A stretch of DNA of 64,000 nucleotides from Vulcanimicrobiota bacterium (GTDB lineage Bacteria; Vulcanimicrobiota; Xenobia; Xenobiales; JADMJV01). Within the stretch, counting starts at the first letter, position 1. The number at the start of each line of letters is the position of its first letter. The notes below the pieces were generated by a model. The model saw only the letters and a list, made by a program, of their open reading frames with translations, had not been told where the DNA came from and did not search any database. The stretch lies in contig JBFWNU010000003.1 in assembly GCA_050250895.1 (NCBI GenBank), positions 96,001 through 160,000 on the forward strand, in the 5' to 3' direction. The position numbers and the translations under genes were made by a program. This document shows, one piece after another, positions 38,091-47,011 of this stretch.

Positions 38091-38653
38091 AGGGGGACCT
38101 CGATCGCGTTGATCGAAAGCCAATCGGATTCCAACTGAAAGTCCACCTCACGCGGGGACGCCACGAGCTCTTCTACCTTGCCGCGATTCTCCTGGTGATA
38201 GCGCTCCAGGTTGTCGGCGAAGTGGCCGGGATCTTGCATGAACATCGTCACGCAGAAGTGGCGATTGTCGTAGGGACCCAGATGCTCCGAAATCTCTTTC
38301 ATGGTGGCCAGGGCGTTCCTGGGGGCGTCGATGTACTTGCGCTCGCGTTCGAACGGAATCAGGCGCTTGTAGTCTTCGACCAGGTCGGCCATCGGCTCGC
38401 CCGGGCGGCGCAACTCGGCCAGCGCCGGAAAGCTGCGGTTGACGGCGCTGGTGGGACAGGCAGTGTGGCGCTTTTCCTCTTCGAAGAGATCGACCATCAC
38501 CTTGCTCATCTCGACCACATCGTCGCCGGGCTGCATGGACGATTCGACCACTCCCAGATGGGTCTGTTCGACCCCTACGCACTCCCAGAATTCGCCCCGG
38601 CGGGCGATGGTCGAGAGCACTTCGATGGCCGGATTCTTAGGAGAGACTCGCAT
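38078..38653 (-). CDS. Hypothetical protein with a variant of the shared C-terminal motif
   Basis: MRVS start; ends FQLESDWLSINAIEVPLQAD; upstream motif present. Confidence 0.75.
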   Translation of the reverse strand: MRVSPKNPAIEVLSTIARRGEFWECVGVEQTHLGVVESSMQPGDDVVEMSKVMVDLFEEEKRHTACPTSAVNRSFPALAELRRPGEPMADLVEDYKRLIPFERERKYIDAPRNALATMKEISEHLGPYDNRHFCVTMFMQDPGHFADNLERYHQENRGKVEELVASPREVDFQLESDWLSINAIEVPLQAD

Positions 38654-38681
38654 GGGCCTAGCCTAGCCGCTCGCCCTCAAA
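38654..38681 (-). promoter_or_regulatory. TTTGAG-N10-TAGGCT-N6-ATG element
   Basis: Variant of the recurrent motif. Confidence 0.6.
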
Positions 38682-38693
38682 GAAAGTCGAAAT

Positions 38694-39962
38694 TCAGCCC
38701 AAGCCGAGCCGCTGCTTGATGTGTTGGCGCAGGGCCGCGCTCGAGGCTTCGCCCGGGTCGGTCAGGTTCTTGAACTGACCTAAGATGGCCAGACCCAGCG
38801 GAATGGACACCGGGGTGCCCAGACCAGCGATCAGGTAAAATCCACCCGCCTCGGGATCACCGGCGTGGGCAAAGCAATAGACCGAAATGGCCGTGGCTAG
38901 AGCAATGGCCGCGGCGATGGGTAAACAGCTGATATGCGAATTGGGCTTGACCCGTTCGCGGGTGGCATCCAACAGGTTGACCGAGGCCAGCACCATCTTC
39001 TTGAGTTCGGGCAGGCAGTCGAACAACTCTTGCGTTTTGGCCCGTAGTTCGGGCCCGTCGAGCACCTGCATGCCGGTCAGATCAGTCTTGAGTTCATCGA
39101 CCGAAAGCACCGCTTGCAGCCCAGGAATAGGAGCCTCGACGGTCTTGGTGTCGACCCAGACTCCGGCCTGGACCAGATGGATTTCGGCGGTATCCTCGAG
39201 CGCTGCGCGCATGGTCAACCAGCGATCGCTGTTAGCTCCGTCGAGGCGACGGGTGAGCGGGGCAAGGGTGTCGGCCGGGGGCAGATCCAGGCGGTGCTCG
39301 GCTGCGGCCGGGCGCCATTCGGCCAGCACATAGTCACCTTCGAGATGCTGCAGATGGCGGCGCGGCTTATAAGGGGGAAAGCCTCCGCCCGGTAGCACCG
39401 CGCCATCGACCAGGATGGGCAGCGGCAGGTAGCGGCAGCGGGTCCGAAGCGCTTCCATCTCGGCTCCCCGATCGCGTTTGGGCAAATCCAGGCGAATCTC
39501 CATATAGGGGCCTTTATGGATGGTGGCCAGGGGCTCGAGCTTCATCTCGTTGGCATCCACCGTCAGGGCCTTGGATTGGCCCTCGCTATCGGTCAAAAAG
39601 AGATAGCCCTTACCGCCCTGGGCCAGGGCCGCGTTGAGGGCGATCAAGAGACAACCCGCCGGCGTGAAGGCGTCGCTGCCCAGCGGATTGCACAACCCTT
39701 CGGCTACCTGCTGAAGGTCGGAGTTGGACCAGCCCGGCAGCTGGACGACCAGTTCGCTACGCAGACTAAGTTGAACCTCGCGGCAGTCGGCCAGCACGGC
39801 CGCCTGCATCAGCTTGAGCAGATAGTCGGTGGGACGAGCCAGTTGAAACTTGGCCAACTTCTCGCGCGCTTTGCGAAAGTCGACGGTGAAGCGTCCGCTC
39901 GACTCGAGCTGGGCTCCGCCTTCGCTGGTCTGTTCGGCGATGTATTTCTGCAGTTCGCTCAT
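38694..39962 (-). CDS. Protein with degenerate GHKL/Hsp90-like N-domain and C-terminal TM pair
   Basis: Start reassigned to ATG 39962 (ATGA overlap); SSGRFTVDFRKAREKLAKFQLARPTDYLLKL matches the N-terminus of 49056..50861. Confidence 0.75.
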   Translation of the reverse strand: MSELQKYIAEQTSEGGAQLESSGRFTVDFRKAREKLAKFQLARPTDYLLKLMQAAVLADCREVQLSLRSELVVQLPGWSNSDLQQVAEGLCNPLGSDAFTPAGCLLIALNAALAQGGKGYLFLTDSEGQSKALTVDANEMKLEPLATIHKGPYMEIRLDLPKRDRGAEMEALRTRCRYLPLPILVDGAVLPGGGFPPYKPRRHLQHLEGDYVLAEWRPAAAEHRLDLPPADTLAPLTRRLDGANSDRWLTMRAALEDTAEIHLVQAGVWVDTKTVEAPIPGLQAVLSVDELKTDLTGMQVLDGPELRAKTQELFDCLPELKKMVLASVNLLDATRERVKPNSHISCLPIAAAIALATAISVYCFAHAGDPEAGGFYLIAGLGTPVSIPLGLAILGQFKNLTDPGEASSAALRQHIKQRLGLG

Positions 39963-40768
39963 GGCTTGCTCCGGGCGGCGGCCAGCAGGCGCTGGTTGGC
40001 GATCTTGGCCAGCGCGCGTTTGAGCGGCCGCTGGTTGCCGGTGGTCTCGAGCCACTCGAGCACCTGCTTGTGATTGCTGCGGTCGACGTAGTTGGCCGTC
40101 AGGGCCACGCCGGTTTCGACGTGACGGGTCTGATGCCACCAGGCGCTCGGGGTGAACATCAACTCGCCCGGGGCGACGGTGGCCATCCAGGGTGTGGCCC
40201 GGGCGTAGCGCGGAAATTTCTTGTGGTCGGGAGCAAAAGCGTCGACCTCGCCCCCGTAGAGATACGGCGTGTCGTCGGGCGCGAAGAAGACCCACTCTTT
40301 GCTGCCCGACAGCTGAACGTTCCAGGCGCTGGTCATGCCCACATCTTGATGCATCTTAAAGCCCGAGCCGGCCGGGCCCATGAAGATCCACATCAGCTGA
40401 TAGCGCAGCTCTTCGGGCACCTCGGCCAGCCAATCCTCGGCGAAGTACTCGGGCACGGTGAAGTCGTCGAGCAGCTCGGGCAGGCCGTCTTGGAACGACC
40501 AGCTGGCCAGATACAACATCCGCTCGTCGGGCGCCTCGAGATAGGCCACATAGTCCTTCAAAGCCATGGTAACCTTGTCGCGGTTGGGGCCGGCGCTGGG
40601 AGTCAGGATCACTTCTAACTCGGGTTGGCGCCGGGCCAGTTCGGCCGGCGTCCAGGCGCGGGCCGGCCAATCCTCGGCCAGGCCGGTCAAGACCACGGGT
40701 TTGCCAGGCTTGGCATAGTCGCGGTAAAACTCCTCAGGGTCCGGTCGGTGAAGGCGCTGGATTTCCAC
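39959..40768 (-). CDS. JmjC/cupin-like Fe(II)/2-OG oxygenase
   Basis: KPVVLTG, MGPAGSGFKMHQD, GSKEW and PSAWWHQ motifs. Confidence 0.9.
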   Translation of the reverse strand: MEIQRLHRPDPEEFYRDYAKPGKPVVLTGLAEDWPARAWTPAELARRQPELEVILTPSAGPNRDKVTMALKDYVAYLEAPDERMLYLASWSFQDGLPELLDDFTVPEYFAEDWLAEVPEELRYQLMWIFMGPAGSGFKMHQDVGMTSAWNVQLSGSKEWVFFAPDDTPYLYGGEVDAFAPDHKKFPRYARATPWMATVAPGELMFTPSAWWHQTRHVETGVALTANYVDRSNHKQVLEWLETTGNQRPLKRALAKIANQRLLAAARSKP

Positions 40769-40848
40769 TCTGATGGGTTCTACGCCGCCCCGGCCACTCC
40801 CGCTTCGCCCGACCAGGAGGTCGGCTCGGCGCCAGCCAACAGTGGGGC

Positions 40849-41649
40849 ATGCGAAGGCTCTTGCTCGTCTTGTTATTGCTCACCACACCGGCCCTGGCCC
40901 AGGTCGATCTGTCCGGGAAAATGGTCTTGCTGGTGGTTACCGATGAGCGCGAGGACGCTCAGGCCAAGCAGCTCGAAGCTCCTCTGCTCAGGCTGCGAGA
41001 GCGCCTGGGCCTGTCCAAGAGCGAGCTGCCCTTCGTGTTCATGGGCTTTCAGGACCCCCTCATCGACCGCTCGGTGTTTGGGCGTCTCGGCTTTTCGGTC
41101 TCGCAGAACCCGGTGGTCTGCGTAGTCCGCTGGGGAACTCCGGCCTCGGCCGGGCCCAGCCATGTGGTCAACGGGGCCATCCGCCGCCAACTCTCCAAGA
41201 ATCCCGAACCGGCTCTGGTGGGGCTGTTGCGCGATTGGCTGCAAGGCACCGACCGGGCCGAGCTGGCCACCCGCCTGCCGGGACCGACCTTCGGGAAGCT
41301 CTCGCTCAAGCAGCTCGATGTGCAGGCTCACGGCGAGCCCCTCAACCTGATGACCCTGACCACCCAACTCATTAACGACAGCTCGGCCGCCTCGCGACCG
41401 GTTTCGCTCGAGTTTCGCGTTCAGACCAATCCGGATGAGCCCTGGAGCACGGTGGCGCTCTTCTCGATCGGGGCGGTCAAGCCGGGCGCACTGGCCAAGA
41501 AAGGCACGGTGGTCTCGCTCAAGGACTATCCCGAGTTGGTTCGCGACGGCCAGGTGCTCGACTTTAAAGGCCGGTTGCTGATCGAGTCCGAGACGATCTT
41601 CGAAGGCAGTTTTGTCCAGGGCCACTGGCAACCACAGGAGGACGAATGA
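40849..41649 (+). CDS. Hypothetical exported protein
   Basis: Clear Sec signal peptide (ALA-Q); coupled to the next gene by ATGA. Confidence 0.75.
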   Translation: MRRLLLVLLLLTTPALAQVDLSGKMVLLVVTDEREDAQAKQLEAPLLRLRERLGLSKSELPFVFMGFQDPLIDRSVFGRLGFSVSQNPVVCVVRWGTPASAGPSHVVNGAIRRQLSKNPEPALVGLLRDWLQGTDRAELATRLPGPTFGKLSLKQLDVQAHGEPLNLMTLTTQLINDSSAASRPVSLEFRVQTNPDEPWSTVALFSIGAVKPGALAKKGTVVSLKDYPELVRDGQVLDFKGRLLIESETIFEGSFVQGHWQPQEDE

Positions 41650-42365
41650 GTCTGGAAAAGGATTTTGACGCGCTGCTCCACGGCTACGACCCGGCCATCG
41701 GCGAGTTGGCCCGCGGGGCTCGCCGGCTCATCGCTTCGGTGCGGCCCAGGGCCCACCAAGAGGTCCATCCCGGCTGGGGCGGCTATCTGCTGTTCAAGCA
41801 AGTGGCCGGGGCCGGTACCACGGTGTGCTGGCTGAGCGCCCACCAGAAGCACGTCTCGATCGGTTTTTCTCAGGGAGCCTCACTGCCCGACCCGGCGGGG
41901 TTGCTGGCCGGCACCGGCAAGCACCAGCGTCACGTCAAGATCAAGAAGCCCGTGGACCTCGAGCGCCCCGAGCTGCGCGCCCTTATCGCGGCCGCCTGGG
42001 ACCAGCAGCCAGACCCCTCCACCCTGTCCGTTGCCCTCGAGCGCGTGCGCGAGTTATGCCTGGCTTTGCCCGAGGCCTCCGAGAAGCTCTCCCACGGTCA
42101 TCCCACTTTCTTCGCTGGCAAGAAGTCCTTCGCCGTCTACGGCCTCTACTCGCCCTCGGTGGCCTTTAAAGCGCCGCTCGGCCTGCAGGTCGAACTCGAG
42201 GGCGACCCGCGCTTTTTTCCCACCCCCTACATGGCCCATCGCGGCTGGCTGTCGGTGCGCCTCGACAACGAGACCGACTGGGCGCAGGTGGCGGACCTGC
42301 TCAAGCAAAGCTACCGCGAGGTGGCCCCCGCCAAGCTGCGCAAAACTCTCGAGGCCCGCGGTTAG
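41646..42365 (+). CDS. DUF1801/YdhG-like domain fused to MmcQ/YjbR domain
   Basis: LPDPAGLLAGTGKHQRHVK; LCLALPEA...HGHPTF...PYMAHRGW...SYR. Confidence 0.8.
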   Translation: MSLEKDFDALLHGYDPAIGELARGARRLIASVRPRAHQEVHPGWGGYLLFKQVAGAGTTVCWLSAHQKHVSIGFSQGASLPDPAGLLAGTGKHQRHVKIKKPVDLERPELRALIAAAWDQQPDPSTLSVALERVRELCLALPEASEKLSHGHPTFFAGKKSFAVYGLYSPSVAFKAPLGLQVELEGDPRFFPTPYMAHRGWLSVRLDNETDWAQVADLLKQSYREVAPAKLRKTLEARG

Positions 42366-42603
42366 GCTGGCTCTGCGCCGGGGCCTCCCAACAGCAGGCT
42401 TGGCAGACAACCGAACAAGCAAGCCAGACCCAAGGCGATAGGGCCAAAGCACGAGAGCGTCCCGTGGTCGAACACCGGCGTCTGCCAGGCCCAATGGAAT
42501 CCGAGGTAGTAGCCGCCCAACGACCTGCACGAGGGGTCAAGGTTTGCTCAAGAACCAGGCCCTAAGCTGAGCAAGACCCAGCTTGGGTCGAGGAGGTTCC
42601 ACC

Positions 42604-43476
42604 GTGAAGGTCAGCTTGCCGAGACGTCTCATCAAAGCCCTGGATGACTACAGTTCGCCGCGCCCCCATACCAAGGCCGACTTCGAAGAGGCCAGCTATA
42701 TTCAGTCGGCCTTGCTTTCGGTCGAAGACGGCTTTTGCTTTATGGGTCTGGCGGGGGTGGCGGTGGCCGTGCCTCCCGCTCTGGTCTCGACTTACGTCAA
42801 TCGCAAGACGAATTCACGCACTCTGGGAGTCCTTTCGGGGGCAGCCACAGGAACGGCTATCGCCCTGGGGGTGGGCGCGATAGCGGGAGGGGCCGGTTTG
42901 GCCCTGGGAGTGGGCGGAGCTTTGGTGGGGGCTTTGGAGGGGATTCGGGGAGACAAATCCTCGGAGGTGCGGGATGCGGCCCTGGGTGGACTGATGGCCA
43001 CCGGAGCCTGGATGCCGGGGCCCAGTAAGATTGCCGCCGGCATCGGTGCGGCCCTGGGGGGCACCCGTCGCAGCAAGTGGGTTCAGGCTCTGGTGGGCGG
43101 GGCTACCGGAGCGGCTCTGGGGGGCGCCCTCGGCTTGATGGGGTTGGGCGCGGGTCCGCTGGCGGCGGCGATTCTCGGTGGGATTGGGGGCGCAGTGGGC
43201 CCGGTGGTCGGCCAGCGCTTCAACCAGTTGACCCGCAATCTGGCTTCGGATACGGCCGGGGCCGTTCACAAGCTGGCCGAGCGATTTCGCAAGACCAGAC
43301 CGTCAGAAGAGGCGGCTCTGGTGGTGGGGTCCTTTCCGGCCCAGGCCGTGCACGAGTTCGCCGAGATCGCTATCAACTCCGACGGCAATCTGGCCGCCAT
43401 CGGACTGGGATTGGGCTTGGAAACGGCCGCCATGGTCCATTCGCTACTATGCTACAAGCCAGCCAAGCAGGGGTAG
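42604..43476 (+). CDS. Glycine-zipper-like membrane protein
   Basis: GGAGG RBS before GTG 42604; multiple GxxxG hydrophobic segments. Confidence 0.7.
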   Translation: MKVSLPRRLIKALDDYSSPRPHTKADFEEASYIQSALLSVEDGFCFMGLAGVAVAVPPALVSTYVNRKTNSRTLGVLSGAATGTAIALGVGAIAGGAGLALGVGGALVGALEGIRGDKSSEVRDAALGGLMATGAWMPGPSKIAAGIGAALGGTRRSKWVQALVGGATGAALGGALGLMGLGAGPLAAAILGGIGGAVGPVVGQRFNQLTRNLASDTAGAVHKLAERFRKTRPSEEAALVVGSFPAQAVHEFAEIAINSDGNLAAIGLGLGLETAAMVHSLLCYKPAKQG

Positions 43477-43509
43477 TGGCCGTCGCTGATTCCAGCTACA
43501 ATGGGAGCG

Positions 43510-43986
43510 ATGGTCCAGGCAATGTGTGCGAAGACGGGGAGGGTCTGGTTGGGCGTAGGGTTGACTTGTACGGTTGGCCTTTTGGGGATCATCCTGACGG
43601 GTTGGGACTTGACCTCCACCCGATGGCAACGGGCAGACGCCGAGCAACGGCTCTTTCAGGGACTCGACGGTGTGAGTCTGGGGATGGATAGAGGCTCGCT
43701 CCTGAAGCGACTGCAGGCCGACCCCTGGTTGGCCCAGAGAGTCAGCCAACGTTCGCTCTGGGTGGAACAGCCCGATGACCAACTCGTTCTCGAAGCGATC
43801 CCGAACTCCAGTGTGGCCGCGGTTGCCATCCTGGATTTCGAGCACGGGCGATTGCGCAGGATACGCTATCGGACCTGGGACGATGGTGTCAGACCTGCAC
43901 CTGGGGCCCCGCCGGACCGCGAAGCAGATTTTTTTCAGGGCGGGCGACTAGACTCGAGCTATGCTCGTCGGTCCACGCCTTTTTAG
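43510..43986 (+). CDS. Hypothetical membrane-anchored protein
   Basis: TACAAT 7 bp before ATG 43510; N-terminal hydrophobic segment. Confidence 0.5.
   Translation: MVQAMCAKTGRVWLGVGLTCTVGLLGIILTGWDLTSTRWQRADAEQRLFQGLDGVSLGMDRGSLLKRLQADPWLAQRVSQRSLWVEQPDDQLVLEAIPNSSVAAVAILDFEHGRLRRIRYRTWDDGVRPAPGAPPDREADFFQGGRLDSSYARRSTPF
43933..43960 (+). promoter_or_regulatory. TTTCAG-N10-TAGACT-N6-ATG element
   Basis: Recurrent motif directly before the P450 start. Confidence 0.65.
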
Positions 43987-45610
43987 TTACTCTCACCGTC
44001 CGCCCGTTCTCACGGCGGGTTTCCCAAGCTCCATTCCCGATAGCGTTCAGCTCGGGACAGACCTGCCCAACGCGACCCTGTTGGCCCAGGAACTCGAGCA
44101 GGCCAAGGAGAGTTGTCCCAACGGAATCGCTGCGTCACCCGAGAAACGTGGGTTGCAGAAGGCCGACACGGCTCTGGCCCAGCAGGCCGGGCTGGTTGCG
44201 TCCGGGCCGGCGGCGAACGCGGTGGCTGCTCAGCAAAGCGAGTTTCGGCGTGGCGTGTGCCCCTATCTGGCCACCATGGGCAAGGTCGAGCAGGGAGTGC
44301 TCGAGCCGGAGGCGGTCGGCAAGCTCGAGTTCGCCTCGAGCCTGATTCGCAATCACGGCAATGCAGCTGTTCTCTTCGAGGAGATGCACACCGCCCACGG
44401 CAGCACGTTCCAGGTCCAGGGAGCCAGCGGTCCAATCCTTTTCGACACTCGTCCCGAGACGGTCGAGCAATTGCTGGTGCGCACCGAGGATCCTCGCAAT
44501 CCACCGCTGTTTCAGAAATCGGCCGTGGCTTCCCACGGTATGGCCGGCCTGTTCGGGACCGACAATGTGTTTCTCAACGACGGTCCCGGCTGGAAGCTCA
44601 GTCGTCAGGCGGTGATGCCTTACTTTTCTTCCAAGCATGTCCATACCGACGAGCGAGTAGCGGCTATCGACGCCATTGTAGGGCGCCATCTCGATCGTCT
44701 GGGCGAGCGGGTGGGCCCCGGCGCCGTGGTCGACCTGCAGGAGGTGATGGAGAAGACCACCCTCGACGTCGCTCTCAACCACATTTTCAGCGCCGATCTT
44801 ACACCGGCGCGCCTGGACGAGATTCACGCCGCCTTCGCGGTGGCCATGCAGGCCTCGGCGAAAGAGACGATGCTACCGGGCTCGTCCAGCCGGGCCGATG
44901 AGAGCGCTCGGGCCCGGGTCAAGCAAGCTTACTCCACCCTTGAGTCTTTCGCCGACGAGCTGATCGCCGGGCGGCGTAGCCAGGGAGTGGGCCAGCGAGA
45001 CGCCCTCGACGGCTTGCTGTCGATGCGGCATCCCGACACCGGGCTGGGGCCCTCCGACAGCCAGCTACGCCACGAGATCTTGACCCTGATGCTGGCTGGT
45101 CACGAGACCACCGCCAGTCTATTGGGTTGGACGCTGTGCGAACTGGCTCGCAATCCGGAGGGGCAGGCCCAGGCGCGCGCCGAGATCGAGCGCGAGATCG
45201 GTTCGGCCGAACCCGGATTTCGCAGCCTGAAGGGTCTGCAAGGTGTGCACGACGCCTGGTTCCAGAGTGCGGTGGACCACACTCCCAGCTTCTTGATCGC
45301 CCGCCAGGCGGTGAACGACACCCTGGTCGGGCCCGAGGGCGCCCAGGTCGAAGTGAAAAAGGGCACCACCATTCTGGCCAGCATTCGGCACGCCAATCAG
45401 ACTCGCTCGGCCAGCGGCAGCACCAAGGTTTTCTCCTTTGGTGGAGGGCCGCGCATGTGCATCGGTCAAATGCTGGCCCGGCTCGAGGCCGAGCTTGTCA
45501 TGACGCGCTTTCTGCAGCGGTTTGAAGTGAGCGCTCAAGGGCCTCTCCAGACCGCCTCGGGGCTATCGGCTCATCCCCACGACGCCCGGGTCGAAGTCAA
45601 GCCGCGCTAG
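43961..45610 (+). CDS. Cytochrome P450 with long N-terminal extension
   Basis: AGHETT I-helix and FGGGPRMCIG heme Cys; ExxR and PERF motifs not recognisable. Confidence 0.9.
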   Translation: MLVGPRLFSYSHRPPVLTAGFPSSIPDSVQLGTDLPNATLLAQELEQAKESCPNGIAASPEKRGLQKADTALAQQAGLVASGPAANAVAAQQSEFRRGVCPYLATMGKVEQGVLEPEAVGKLEFASSLIRNHGNAAVLFEEMHTAHGSTFQVQGASGPILFDTRPETVEQLLVRTEDPRNPPLFQKSAVASHGMAGLFGTDNVFLNDGPGWKLSRQAVMPYFSSKHVHTDERVAAIDAIVGRHLDRLGERVGPGAVVDLQEVMEKTTLDVALNHIFSADLTPARLDEIHAAFAVAMQASAKETMLPGSSSRADESARARVKQAYSTLESFADELIAGRRSQGVGQRDALDGLLSMRHPDTGLGPSDSQLRHEILTLMLAGHETTASLLGWTLCELARNPEGQAQARAEIEREIGSAEPGFRSLKGLQGVHDAWFQSAVDHTPSFLIARQAVNDTLVGPEGAQVEVKKGTTILASIRHANQTRSASGSTKVFSFGGGPRMCIGQMLARLEAELVMTRFLQRFEVSAQGPLQTASGLSAHPHDARVEVKPR

Positions 45611-46977
45611 CGGCCTTTGCCGATCGAGAAGCCCCCAATGGTGATGGCCTCTTCGTCCTCCTCGAGCCTGGTGGTGGGCTCGCTGGCCGTGGCTAGATCT
45701 CGCATTTCTTCCACGGCTTCTTGGTGCTGGCGGCGAGCCTCGCGCACGGCCCCGTAGTTATCGTGGAAGCCTCCGGCCGCCCCGAGCACGGCGCCAGCCG
45801 CGACCAACGGCAAGGTGGCCTGGGGCCCGAGCCAGGCGCTCAGGCCGCCTCCGACGGCTGCCCCCACCAGGCTGGCCCCTCCCACCTCGGGCACTCCGCC
45901 TAACAGCAGGCCCGAGACACCCGATAGGATGGCCGCCGAGAAGAAGCCTGGCCAGCCATAGGCGTGGGTAAGGGCGGCCGTGCCACCCAGCACTCCGGCC
46001 GTAACCAATCCGCCCACCAGCGTGCGCCGGATGAGGTTCTCGGTGGGGCCCGAACGGGCTCGTCCGCTTTCGCCTTCGAGGCCGGCGGCCAGGCCTACCA
46101 GCCCCGAGCCGAGGGTCAGCGAGGCGGCCAATCCTGGGCCTCCATAGGCTCCACAAGCGGCCAGGGCGCCGGTGATGAGAGCGCCGGGGATGATGGCTTC
46201 GCCGGCCTTGGTAAAGGCGGCTAGCCCGGCCGCGCCGGACAGGGCCGACACGATGGCGCCGGGGACCTGATGGCCGGCCCCCAGGGCGGCGCTGCCGCCA
46301 AAAAAAGCCGCCATGGTGGAGGCCCCCACCAGGGCCGCCCCGGCCTGGGCTTGCCGGCCGTCGAGGTTCTTGGCGTAGTTCTCGTCTTGAAAGGTGCCCA
46401 CGATTCCCAGGCCCGCCCCCACGGCGGCAATGGGTATCAGCAATCCGGGTGAGGCCATGGCGCAGCCACCCAGGCCGGCCGACAAGACGGTGCCGACCGT
46501 GGCCAGTTCGGGGGCTTCGGCCACGGCTGCCGTGCTGAGAAAAGTGGTCAGCCCTCCGCTCACCAGGCCGGGAAAGCCGTAGTTGACGGCCATGGCGCCC
46601 GTGCCCGCGGCCAGTCCCGCTCCCAGCAAACCGTGGCTGGCCAGCTTGAAAGCGGCCTCGGCAACCGGGCCAGGTGGAGAGGACTTGAATTCGTCACGCA
46701 GGCTCAGATAGGCTCCCACCGCTCCGCCCGCTGCCGCCAGCGGAAGGGCCATTTGGGGGCCGCCGTAGGCTCCGCAAGCGGCCTGAATGCCTCCCACCGC
46801 CATGGCCGGTAGCGCCGCTTCGCCGGCCTGGGTCCAGGCGGCCAGACCGATGCCTGTGCCCACGCTGCCGGCCGCTCCAAGCCACGGATTCACCCCGCCC
46901 AGGGCCACGTTGGCCCCGGCCAGGGTGGCCCCGCCCAGGCCAGCGCCGACGACTCTGGTGAAGGAGGAGACTTTCAC
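45607..46977 (-). CDS. Gly/Ala-rich polytopic membrane protein with the shared C-terminal motif
   Basis: Four internal repeats of about 95 aa (AGEAA/APEL/AGEAI/VPEV...GP); ends LEEDEEAITIGGFSIGKGR. Confidence 0.85.
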   Translation of the reverse strand: MKVSSFTRVVGAGLGGATLAGANVALGGVNPWLGAAGSVGTGIGLAAWTQAGEAALPAMAVGGIQAACGAYGGPQMALPLAAAGGAVGAYLSLRDEFKSSPPGPVAEAAFKLASHGLLGAGLAAGTGAMAVNYGFPGLVSGGLTTFLSTAAVAEAPELATVGTVLSAGLGGCAMASPGLLIPIAAVGAGLGIVGTFQDENYAKNLDGRQAQAGAALVGASTMAAFFGGSAALGAGHQVPGAIVSALSGAAGLAAFTKAGEAIIPGALITGALAACGAYGGPGLAASLTLGSGLVGLAAGLEGESGRARSGPTENLIRRTLVGGLVTAGVLGGTAALTHAYGWPGFFSAAILSGVSGLLLGGVPEVGGASLVGAAVGGGLSAWLGPQATLPLVAAGAVLGAAGGFHDNYGAVREARRQHQEAVEEMRDLATASEPTTRLEEDEEAITIGGFSIGKGR

Positions 46978-47005
46978 CGGGTCAGGCTAGCCGCCGGGCG
47001 TCAAA
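46978..47005 (-). promoter_or_regulatory. TTTGAC-N10-TAGCCT-N6-GTG element
   Basis: Variant of the recurrent motif. Confidence 0.55.
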
Positions 47006-47011
47006 AATCCA

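Noticed and set aside
39963-40295. N-terminal extensions in the ORF track (38694..40295, 58802..60187, 24570..27419, 4491..5285)
   Set aside because: They overlap neighbouring genes or lack an RBS; downstream starts with an RBS or translational coupling fit better.
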